Origin: Clostridia bacterium
Lineage (GTDB): Bacteria > Bacillota > Clostridia > Christensenellales > CAG-138
Direction: 5' to 3'
DNA: 64,000 nucleotides
Assembly: GCA_045603585.1 (NCBI GenBank)
Contig: JAZUMK010000042.1
Location: 10,171 to 74,170 of the forward strand
Shown: piece after piece, positions 29,698 to 36,859 of the stretch
Layout: each line of letters opens with the position of its first letter
Numbering within the stretch: position 1 is the stretch's first letter
The notes under the pieces: generated by a model
Told to the model about the DNA's origin: nothing
Seen by the model: the letters and a program-made list of their open reading frames with translations, nothing else
Database searches by the model: none
Made by a program: the position numbers and the translations under genes

Positions 29698-29979
29698 ATG
29701 ACACACATAAAAATACATTGCGGCGCTTGTGGTTTTACGTGGGCGGTTTATGGGCGCGATAACTGGAATAGTGAGACAGCAGGACAATGCCCCAACTGTT
29801 TTGCAAAGATAGACCGTCAGGTATGGGAAAAGCAAATTATTCCTGCTTTTGCAGCAGCACAGGACGCAAATGCAGAACTGTATAAGGACAGCACAGGATA
29901 TAAAAGACCGCTTTTCACAGTGGATTTTGTATCAATGCACAAAAGGGCTTATACGCAGAATAAGCGAAAAATAGATTAA
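29698..29979 (+). CDS. hypothetical zinc-ribbon protein
   Basis: Two Cys pairs, CGACG...CPNC; 93 aa. Confidence 0.5.
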   Translation: MTHIKIHCGACGFTWAVYGRDNWNSETAGQCPNCFAKIDRQVWEKQIIPAFAAAQDANAELYKDSTGYKRPLFTVDFVSMHKRAYTQNKRKID

Positions 29980-30013
29980 ATGGACAGCGGGAAAGACCGC
30001 AGAAAGGAAGATA

Positions 30014-30661
30014 ATGAGTAAAGTATATTTCACACAGTACATTGACGATCTGGACAAGATAAGCAAAGAAGCCCGCGCAAAGATAGAGGCGGCAGAAAAG
30101 ACTTTTGCAGATGTAAAGGAAAAGGCCGGACAGGCTATCCGACAATTTCCAATAGGGCATGACAAGCGCACACGCGCAGAAATCGACCTGAGAGAGGCCA
30201 CAAAGAATTACAACCGCTCCATTCTGGAAATACAGGCGGGGGCCGAAACAAAGGTGAAGGACACCCGCAGCTCTTTGGTTAAGCATCTGGAAACATGGGC
30301 AGAGGCAAAGCCCGAAATGGTTGATAATAACGCTGTCACCCTTCTTTCAAGTGGTGCGCTTTCGGCTGCTGATCTGGTTGCCCTGGCAAACAAAAATTGG
30401 AACAACCCCACCATGCTAAAGCTCATACGCGCTCAGGCTCAAAAGACTAATGACAGGCTTTCCGCCGCCCTTGATATAAAAATCCGGGACTTTCTTTCCC
30501 CTACGCAGCGTATGAGGCTGTTTGATGATACTGCAACCATTATTGCGAAAACCTATCAAACAGATACTAATGTTGCCTTGAAGGTGGGGGCAGTATGGGA
30601 CGAGCAGTTTTACGATTCCGCACGTTCTCATATGGCAGCCCTTGAAGCGTTCCAGATGTAG
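30014..30661 (+). CDS. hypothetical all-helical protein
   Basis: 215 aa with a charged, helical composition. I recognise no motif. Confidence 0.5.
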   Translation: MSKVYFTQYIDDLDKISKEARAKIEAAEKTFADVKEKAGQAIRQFPIGHDKRTRAEIDLREATKNYNRSILEIQAGAETKVKDTRSSLVKHLETWAEAKPEMVDNNAVTLLSSGALSAADLVALANKNWNNPTMLKLIRAQAQKTNDRLSAALDIKIRDFLSPTQRMRLFDDTATIIAKTYQTDTNVALKVGAVWDEQFYDSARSHMAALEAFQM

Positions 30662-30679
30662 CAGAAAGGAGTTAAAACA

Positions 30680-31159
30680 ATGGCACTTACCCGCGCTTTT
30701 CTTAAAGATGTACTGGCAGACCACTCTAACCGTGACGAGCTCATAGATCAGATAATAGATGCACACATGGAATCTGTATCAGGGCTGAAAACGGAAGTGG
30801 AGCAGGCCAAAAAAGAAGCAGAGGAAACCCATTCCGTTACCGCCCGAATAGAAACCCTAAAAAGCGAAATTGCCGCGCTGCAGCCTAACGGCACAAGCTG
30901 GGAAAAAGAGTATAAAGCCCTTGCCGCCGAGTATGAGGCCGCAAAGGCGGCGGACGCAAGAAAAACAAGCTATCAGGACAACGCCGAGGCATTTTGCCAT
31001 CTTCTTGTGTCCCATGGCATGGCCTACCCCATGGCAAAAGCAATATCAATAAGCAGCCTCAACATAATAAGCGGAATCGAAATGCAAAACGGCAAAGTGA
31101 GAAATTATGATGCCATATCCGCAGCCATAAGAAGTGAGTACAGAGATTTGCTTTGTTAG
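30680..31159 (+). CDS. hypothetical coiled-coil protein, possibly a GP20-like scaffold
   Basis: The N-terminus resembles the phage GP20/scaffolding family (FLKDVL...LIDQIIDAHMESV..LK.EV), followed by a long coiled-coil segment. Confidence 0.45.
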   Translation: MALTRAFLKDVLADHSNRDELIDQIIDAHMESVSGLKTEVEQAKKEAEETHSVTARIETLKSEIAALQPNGTSWEKEYKALAAEYEAAKAADARKTSYQDNAEAFCHLLVSHGMAYPMAKAISISSLNIISGIEMQNGKVRNYDAISAAIRSEYRDLLC

Positions 31160-31287
31160 GGCAGAAAGGAGGAATAATGGTGCTTGTAAATGCAACAATA
31201 ATTGTGCTGGCGGCGGTATATGCTTAATGAGAATTTCTCTTATAACGGATATGCTGCTGAATAATTAAATAATAAGGGGTTGGGCAT

Positions 31288-32046
31288 ATGACAAACGAAC
31301 AAATGGTCAAATGCATAAGAGACGGCGAAAGCCGTCTCTTAGAAAAGCTGATAGAACGTAATCAGGGCATGATACATAAAACCATAAAGAACTATATGGG
31401 GTACGTGGATATTGATAAGGCCGTTGACTATGAGGACTTGTATCAAGCGGCGGTTCTTGGAATAATCGAAGCGGTTCCAGAGTGGGAAACAAGCCGGGGA
31501 ATGTTTATGACACTTGCAACATTCTATATGCGTAGAAGTATTCGCCGAGTGTTGGGGATAGCTACATCAAAACGAACGGTGGATAGTATGCCCACAGTGT
31601 CCCTGTATGCGCCTATAAATGAATTAGATGATATATCCCTGGTTGATACAATCGCGGATACCTCAGCTGTTGACCCGGTGGAAGAAGCTGAACTAAGCGA
31701 CATGCGGCGCATTGTCCGTGAAGCAGTTGAATCATTGCCAGAAAGTCAGTATATGGCCATACAACACTGGATTAACGGCGGCGATCCACTTGGAACGTCA
31801 CGGGAGCAGCTTGCCGCAAAAAAATCCCTTAGGAAAAATAAGGCTTTAATCAAAATGTGGGAAATGTGTAAAAGTGTGCCATATCATCATATAGGGTATA
31901 AAACATATAAAACCACCTTTACAAGCACAGTTGAAGCGGCAGCGATATATCGTGAGGAATGGTGGGAGCGCATGAATGCCCTTATAGATGCGCCTGACGG
32001 CGATTTGGACGTTAAGGCGTACAAACTGTCAACCGTAGCAGGATAA
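31288..32046 (+). CDS. sigma-70 family RNA polymerase sigma factor
   Basis: A region 2-like segment (DLYQAAVLGIIEAVPEW...FYMRRSIRR) and a region 4-like HTH (LPESQYMAIQHWINGG). Confidence 0.65.
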   Translation: MTNEQMVKCIRDGESRLLEKLIERNQGMIHKTIKNYMGYVDIDKAVDYEDLYQAAVLGIIEAVPEWETSRGMFMTLATFYMRRSIRRVLGIATSKRTVDSMPTVSLYAPINELDDISLVDTIADTSAVDPVEEAELSDMRRIVREAVESLPESQYMAIQHWINGGDPLGTSREQLAAKKSLRKNKALIKMWEMCKSVPYHHIGYKTYKTTFTSTVEAAAIYREEWWERMNALIDAPDGDLDVKAYKLSTVAG

Positions 32047-32209
32047 CGCCTTATAGGGTGGTTGCAACATCGCAGAATTGCAAGCAAGAGGCAATATATG
32101 AGGCGTGTTGCTAAAGAAGAGGAAAATGGTATTAGCGAAGATTTACGCAAATTACTGGGACATAGATTCAATCTCAATGGCAATGTGCTAATGACCGCTT
32201 TTATCTCAA

Positions 32210-32245
32210 AAATAAAATCCACATATAATCCTGTGGATTTTATTT
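32210..32245. terminator. bidirectional terminator between the sigma gene and the toxin gene
   Basis: 14-bp stem AAATAAAATCCACA/TGTGGATTTTATTT. Confidence 0.65.
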
Positions 32246-32569
32246 ATTTGCTAATCTTGCGATTTCTAATTCTATGAACATGATATCTTGTTCTGCAAGC
32301 CTACCAATGGGAGCCTCTATATCAGAAGGTCTCAACCTTAATACTTTATCTAATCTAATATTGGAAGGATGCTTTAATCCTGCGTTTTGCCAGTGTTTAA
32401 TAACATAACATGGATACCCCGGTTTGGGAGATTGGCTGGTGGTATACAATGCAACTATATAAGCGTCTCCGCTGCTTGTTATGATGACAGGCCGAGTTTT
32501 GATTTCATCTGGATCATCCTCGAATGCAACTTTGGCCCAATAGATATCCCACTTTCTTAATTTTTTCAT
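32240..32569 (-). CDS. MazF/PemK-like toxin
   Basis: WDIYWAKV...TRPVIITS...ALYTTSQ...IRLDKVLRLRPSDI...IGRLAEQD follows the MazF/PemK SH3-barrel pattern. The ATG at 32569 overlaps the upstream stop as ATGA. Confidence 0.6.
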   Translation of the reverse strand: MKKLRKWDIYWAKVAFEDDPDEIKTRPVIITSSGDAYIVALYTTSQSPKPGYPCYVIKHWQNAGLKHPSNIRLDKVLRLRPSDIEAPIGRLAEQDIMFIELEIARLANK

Positions 32570-33132
32570 ACAGATTTTTCGTCGTTCCAATCACTAGGCA
32601 AGATATAAGTCCCTGCTTCGTTGTAATATCCAGCTTCTTGAATCGTCGAATCTATCCTAGGCAAATTGATAGATGGTTGTGTAGAAAAAAAGGCCCTTAT
32701 ATCGTCCTGGTTTATAATCCTATTGCTAGAATTATATGCTTTATACCAAGGGCCACTGTCTACATGTGCTATATCTACTAACCCAGAAGTACTGAACTTG
32801 CGATAATGGGCCATTACCGCAGACAATAATTCTCTTTCATCTTCAGAAAATATATCCAGACTAAAATCCGGAGAAACACATTCGATAGGATGCTTCCCAA
32901 ACGATTTATACTGATGGTAGATGCTGGGGACTACCGGACCATAATCCCATGCTTCTATCCGTTCCTGAAACAGGGGCTTGCCAAACAAAGCAAGACTCCA
33001 TGCTTGCGCAAAGTACATCAACTTATTCAATCGGAGGTTGGTCATATATTCTTCGTTTTCATCAAGTCCAAGTATTATAAAATAATTGGCAACTGCTTCT
33101 TCTTTATGCACAAAAAAACCTCCTTTCTTCAT
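32566..33132 (-). CDS. Panacea (DUF4065, SocA-like) antitoxin-domain protein
   Basis: LRLNKLMYFAQAWSLALFGKPLFQERIEAWDYGPVVPSIY matches the DUF4065 core pattern (KLxYxAQxW...PLF...EAWxxGPV.P..Y). Confidence 0.75.
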   Translation of the reverse strand: MKKGGFFVHKEEAVANYFIILGLDENEEYMTNLRLNKLMYFAQAWSLALFGKPLFQERIEAWDYGPVVPSIYHQYKSFGKHPIECVSPDFSLDIFSEDERELLSAVMAHYRKFSTSGLVDIAHVDSGPWYKAYNSSNRIINQDDIRAFFSTQPSINLPRIDSTIQEAGYYNEAGTYILPSDWNDEKSV

Positions 33133-33438
33133 TTTGTATTATATGTTCTGGTTCTGCACAATGCAATAACCACTAAATAAAGTTTACAAAAATCTCTCCT
33201 AAATATCAATTTTTGCAGATTGAAATGGGTACCTTACACTAGAATATAAAAGGCTCAAAGAACCGAGCCAACGCTTTCTAAAGAAGCTGAGAGCATTCCG
33301 CTTAAGATTTCCATTTTTTTAATTGTAATATAGCTATATAACAAAACAAAGAAAACTCTACGGTGTTTTACAGTATACCTAGGCGTGTTTTGAATCAAAG
33401 GGGGGGTGTCACTTTTTGTTATATCCTTGTAATGACTA

Positions 33439-33467
33439 TTGACATGTAGCTAGCTACATGATAATAT
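33439..33467 (+). promoter_or_regulatory. consensus-like promoter with an embedded 18-bp perfect palindrome (operator)
   Basis: TTGACA (33439..33444), 17 nt, TAATAT (33462..33467). The palindrome CATGTAGCTAGCTACATG is at 33443..33460, and a half-site-like ATGTAGTTAGC follows. Confidence 0.7.
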
Positions 33468-33497
33468 GTAGTTAGCCACAGCAAGGAGGTGTTAATA

Positions 33498-33671
33498 GTG
33501 GCAGAAAAAAGCAGAGCCGATTATTTTAGAGAACGTCGGAAGAACTTAAAACAAATTGTGTTTATGGTAGATCGCGATAAAGCTATGGAGCTTGATAAGA
33601 AGCTTCAGGAACGCGGAGAAACTCGAACAGCTTGGTTTAGGCGTAAAGTAGACGAAGAAATCGGTAAATAA
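33498..33671 (+). CDS. small DNA-binding-like protein (RHH/CopG-like guess)
   Basis: 57 aa. The GTG start is 8 nt after AAGGAGG. The protein is basic, and it lies downstream of the palindromic operator promoter. Confidence 0.45.
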   Translation: MAEKSRADYFRERRKNLKQIVFMVDRDKAMELDKKLQERGETRTAWFRRKVDEEIGK

Positions 33672-33809
33672 AAAAGCGCCCTGTACTTCTTGGCGGATCG
33701 TCCAGAGCGCATAGGCACAACCACGCGGGAAAACCCGCAGAGGAGGTAAGTAAATTATAGCATGCTTACCTCCTATAAGTCAAAGATACGGTTTAGGAGG
33801 TTTTTTATA

Positions 33810-33956
33810 ATGGATAGAAAAGCAATGGATTCGACAGCAACAAGCCTGTTGTCTTTAACAGTAGATGAGCGAATAGCCCTTATCTTGTCGGCTTTGAATA
33901 TGGAAGAAAAAAAGCAGCTCAATGAGTTTTTGAAGAAGATGGGAGGGCAGAGGTAA
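33810..33956 (+). CDS. hypothetical small protein
   Basis: 48 aa with a GGAGG RBS. The TAATG overlap couples it to the next small ORF. Confidence 0.4.
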   Translation: MDRKAMDSTATSLLSLTVDERIALILSALNMEEKKQLNEFLKKMGGQR

Positions 33957-34093
33957 TGGATAGAAGCGGCAATGTGATTACCCGCGAACTTTTAGAACAA
34001 TTTGATCTGGAAACCTTAATGGTTATTTCCGGGATTGTAGATGCAATGCTTAAAACACAAAAGGCAGAAAATAAAGCGCAGGGCAAGGCGTAA
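33956..34093 (+). CDS. hypothetical small protein
   Basis: Manual ORF of 45 aa (MDRSGNVITRELLEQFDLETLMVISG...), translationally coupled to the previous ORF. Confidence 0.35.
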   Translation: MDRSGNVITRELLEQFDLETLMVISGIVDAMLKTQKAENKAQGKA

Positions 34094-34103
34094 GGGGTAG
34101 AAC

Positions 34104-34229
34104 ATGGATAACGATATTATTCTTTTGATTGACTGGTTGAGAAAGAATGCGGATAACCCTGAAGCCATTAGAAGGTTTAAGGATGCGGTTGCAGCTGAGA
34201 TGGATGGTGGTTTATCCTCACAGCGGAAA
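34104..34229 (+). CDS. hypothetical small protein
   Basis: Manual ORF of 41 aa (MDNDIILLIDWLRKNADNPEAIRRF...), the last ORF before the attR-side arm repeats. Confidence 0.35.
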
Positions 34230-34248
34230 TAAAGCCAACAATACCCAT

Positions 34249-34294
34249 GGTTTACTGCATTTTTACTGCATCAATACTGCAATCAAGCAGTAAA
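34249..34294 (+). repeat. TTACTGCA repeats (3 direct copies at 11-bp phasing plus 1 inverted), putative arm-type sites on the attR side
   Basis: Copies start at 34251, 34262 and 34273. The inverted copy GCAGTAAAC is at 34286..34294. Confidence 0.6.
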
Positions 34295-34395
34295 CTATGG
34301 ATATTATTGTAAATAATAGACGTGGTGACGGAATAAAAAAGCAAGGCAATTAGGGAAAATGCCGTGATATTTAGATTTATTCCAATCATGGCACT

Positions 34396-34452
34396 TTCGG
34401 TTCATACCCGGAGTGTCATCCGTTCGAGTCGGATCGCCGCTACCAAACAAAA
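34396..34452 (+). repeat. attR (57-bp direct repeat; a tRNA-Met 3' fragment)
   Basis: Identical to 23360..23416. It is followed by the likely original tRNA terminator. Confidence 0.9.
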
Positions 34453-34480
34453 CAGCATCCTGATGGGTGCTGTTTTTGTA
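34453..34480 (+). terminator. probable original tRNA-Met terminator, displaced by the insertion
   Basis: Stem CAGCATCC/GGGTGCTG followed by TTTTTG. Confidence 0.6.
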
Positions 34481-34527
34481 TTTTCACATATATAATAACC
34501 TCCCGGATATTTCCCGGGAGGTTTTTG

Positions 34528-35868
34528 CTATTCTTCCTCCTGCTGTCTGGGCAGAAGGGTTATTGTTGCGCTTTCTATCTGATAATCCTCCACCTGCACG
34601 ATGTGTATATCCATGCCCTCTATGGTGAGGCGGATATCCTGGGCTCCGTTTGCGGGGATGCTGCCAAGGGCTTCAAATACAAGGCCGGTAAGGGTATTGT
34701 GGTCTTCGGATTCAAGCTCAATGCCTATGGCTTCCTGGATATCCTTAAGGGGAAGATTGCCGGACAGCTGCCATGTGTTTTCGCTTATCTTATGAATATG
34801 GGGATCGGGATTTTTTGCATCCTCAGGCTCGTCGTTCAGCTCGCCCACCAGCTCCTCCAGCAGGTCGTAAAGGGTGATGACGCCCACCATTCCGCCGTAT
34901 TCGTCCATAACTACGGCCATGGAATTGCGGCTTTTCTGCATATTGCGGAAAAGCACGTCTGCCTTTACTGTTTCCAGCACGAAATATGCGGGCTGCAGGG
35001 CGTTTGCAAGGAGACTGCCGCGGCTCTTGTCCTCAAGGCGGAAGTAATCCTTTGCGTTGAGCAGGCCGATGATGTTATCCGGAGAGCCGTCGCATACGGG
35101 ATAGCGGGTGTAGCGGTTTTCGTGTATGGTCTGCGCCCATACTTCGTCGCTGTCCTCCATCCAAAGCAGGGCGGTGTCCGTCCTGTGGGTGGCGATATCC
35201 CCAACCTCTATGTCGTCAAATTCGAATACGTTCTGTATAAATTCCTTTTCCTGATGGTCGATGGCGCCCTTTTCGCTGCCCGCATCCACCATCATGCGTA
35301 TTTCCTCCTCGCTGACCTGATCGTCCGCTTCATTGGGGTCAATGCCGCAGAACCGCAGCACCAGGTTGGTGGAAAGGGACAAAAACCATACTATGGGCTT
35401 GAATACGGTGGATATGCCGCCAACAAGGCCGGATATGCCAAGGGCCAGCTGCTCGGATTTTTTCATGGCGATGCGCTTTGGCACAAGCTCGCCGAAAACC
35501 AGAGTAAAGTAGGAGAGAATGATGGTTATGAGTATTACCGCGGCGGTGTCAAGGGTGGCATAGGGAATATTTACCCCTTTGCTCAGTATCCAGTCCACCA
35601 GCGGCTCGGAGAAGTTATCTGCGGCAAAGGCGCTGCCAAGAAATCCCGAAAGGGTGATGGCGACCTGTATGGTGGCAAGGAATCTTGCAGGCTCAGAAGT
35701 AAGGCGGAACAGCCGCTTTGCTCGCTTGTCGCCCTGCTCGGCCATGCGTTCAAGCTTGGTTTCGTTTATGGAGAGCACCGCTATTTCTGCGCAGGCAAAT
35801 ATGGCATTCAGGGCTATGAGAACTACCTGCAGCAGAAGCAATAAACCTATGGAGTCGTCCATTGTCAA
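34528..35868 (-). CDS. CNNM/DUF21-CBS-CorC_HlyC family transporter (hemolysin-family, TlyC/CorC-like)
   Basis: 446 aa with an N-terminal DUF21 membrane domain, a CBS pair (HRTDTALL..., VMDEYGGMVGVITLYDLLEELVGE) and a CorC_HlyC C-terminus. Confidence 0.85.
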   Translation of the reverse strand: MTMDDSIGLLLLLQVVLIALNAIFACAEIAVLSINETKLERMAEQGDKRAKRLFRLTSEPARFLATIQVAITLSGFLGSAFAADNFSEPLVDWILSKGVNIPYATLDTAAVILITIILSYFTLVFGELVPKRIAMKKSEQLALGISGLVGGISTVFKPIVWFLSLSTNLVLRFCGIDPNEADDQVSEEEIRMMVDAGSEKGAIDHQEKEFIQNVFEFDDIEVGDIATHRTDTALLWMEDSDEVWAQTIHENRYTRYPVCDGSPDNIIGLLNAKDYFRLEDKSRGSLLANALQPAYFVLETVKADVLFRNMQKSRNSMAVVMDEYGGMVGVITLYDLLEELVGELNDEPEDAKNPDPHIHKISENTWQLSGNLPLKDIQEAIGIELESEDHNTLTGLVFEALGSIPANGAQDIRLTIEGMDIHIVQVEDYQIESATITLLPRQQEEE

Positions 35869-36072
35869 ATGACCTCTTTCTTTATAAATAATGTGGAGTG
35901 ATAATTTCCCAATAAAAACTGCAAAGCACAGCCTGTATATCGCCGGAGGGATATATAGACTATGCCTTATATGAACAAAGTATGGGTTTGTATGCTCAGC
36001 TTAGGATTAGCGTCGCTGTCGCTTTCGTCCATTGGGGAATACTATCCTGCCTTTTTGATGCTATTGGCTGAT

Positions 36073-36101
36073 ATTATATGCTATGCATAGGGTAATGTCA
36101 A
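36073..36101 (-). promoter_or_regulatory. consensus promoter for the CNNM/CorC gene, giving a ~200-nt leader
   Basis: On the minus strand: TTGACA (36101..36096), 17 nt, TATAAT (36078..36073). Confidence 0.65.
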
Positions 36102-36113
36102 CGGCGAACGAAA

Positions 36114-36554
36114 TTATTCACAAACGAAGAAGGCGGCGGAGGCTGTGCAGTACAGCTGCTCAGTCTCTCTGTGGTGTATATCCATGGTGAGATGCAGCAT
36201 CCTGCGGCCTTCATTTGAGAGGACGGCGCGAATGACTATGGGATCATCGGGGGATATGGCCTTGATATAGCTGAGGTTCAGGTTTGTGGTAACGCAGGCA
36301 GTGATGTCCATATATGCCCGGCACAAAAGCCCCGCGCAGGAATCCACCAGCCACGCCATTGCGCCGCCGTGGAGGGTGTTGTAAACGTTCAGCTCATCCG
36401 GGCAGATGGTATGGGTCAGCTGAAGCTCCCGCTTTTGTGCATCGCAGGAATAAAAGCTCAGCAGATGGGAGGGAAACTGAACGTAGCGGCTGTTGTATTT
36501 ATCTATGCAGGCCATTGCCCGCCGGGCAAATTCATCATTGGTGGGTCGTATCAT
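36114..36554 (-). CDS. PaaI-family hotdog-fold thioesterase
   Basis: LHGGAMAWLVDSCAG motif. The start at 36554 (MIRPTNDEF) has a GGAG RBS; the track ORF extends to 36689. Confidence 0.7.
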   Translation of the reverse strand: MIRPTNDEFARRAMACIDKYNSRYVQFPSHLLSFYSCDAQKRELQLTHTICPDELNVYNTLHGGAMAWLVDSCAGLLCRAYMDITACVTTNLNLSYIKAISPDDPIVIRAVLSNEGRRMLHLTMDIHHRETEQLYCTASAAFFVCE

Positions 36555-36859
36555 GTAAGCTGCTCCTATAGAATGATGTCCGGTAAAAGTATACCATCGC
36601 AAGCCCGCCCATTCAAGGCGGGGGAGAAGCAAAATGAAATATTGTGCGTCCAGTCCTGCAATGGGTATGAACACAGCTAATGAAAGCAAGGTTATATATT
36701 ATATCTGCCAATAGTGCGCTGTATTGATAAAAGTTTGATTATGTTGTATCATAGGTGATAATTGGGGCAGAAGTTAGTTTTGCTGACAATACGCCCCCAT
36801 CGCAAATTCATTTTCTAACATAATCAACATTTATAAAAAAGAAAGAGGTTAAAGCAAAA

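Larger units (their letters stand above)
23360..34452. mobile_element. integrated ~11.1-kb phage-satellite-like (PICI-like) element, or prophage remnant, in tRNA-Met
   Basis: Perfect 57-bp direct repeats sit at both ends. A tyrosine integrase lies next to attL. It carries a lysogeny switch, a replication module and TerS/TerL. It is AT-richer than the flanks by eye. No virion or lysis genes are recognisable. Confidence 0.8.

Noticed and set aside
32062-32277. 71-aa plus-strand ORF after the sigma gene
   Set aside because: It has no RBS, runs straight through the bidirectional terminator hairpin (32210..32245), and overlaps the toxin gene's 3' end.
23417-34395. Interpretation as an ICE/IME or integrated plasmid
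   Set aside because: I recognise no relaxase, coupling protein, T4SS or plasmid partition genes. Terminase genes point to a phage-related packaging lifestyle instead.
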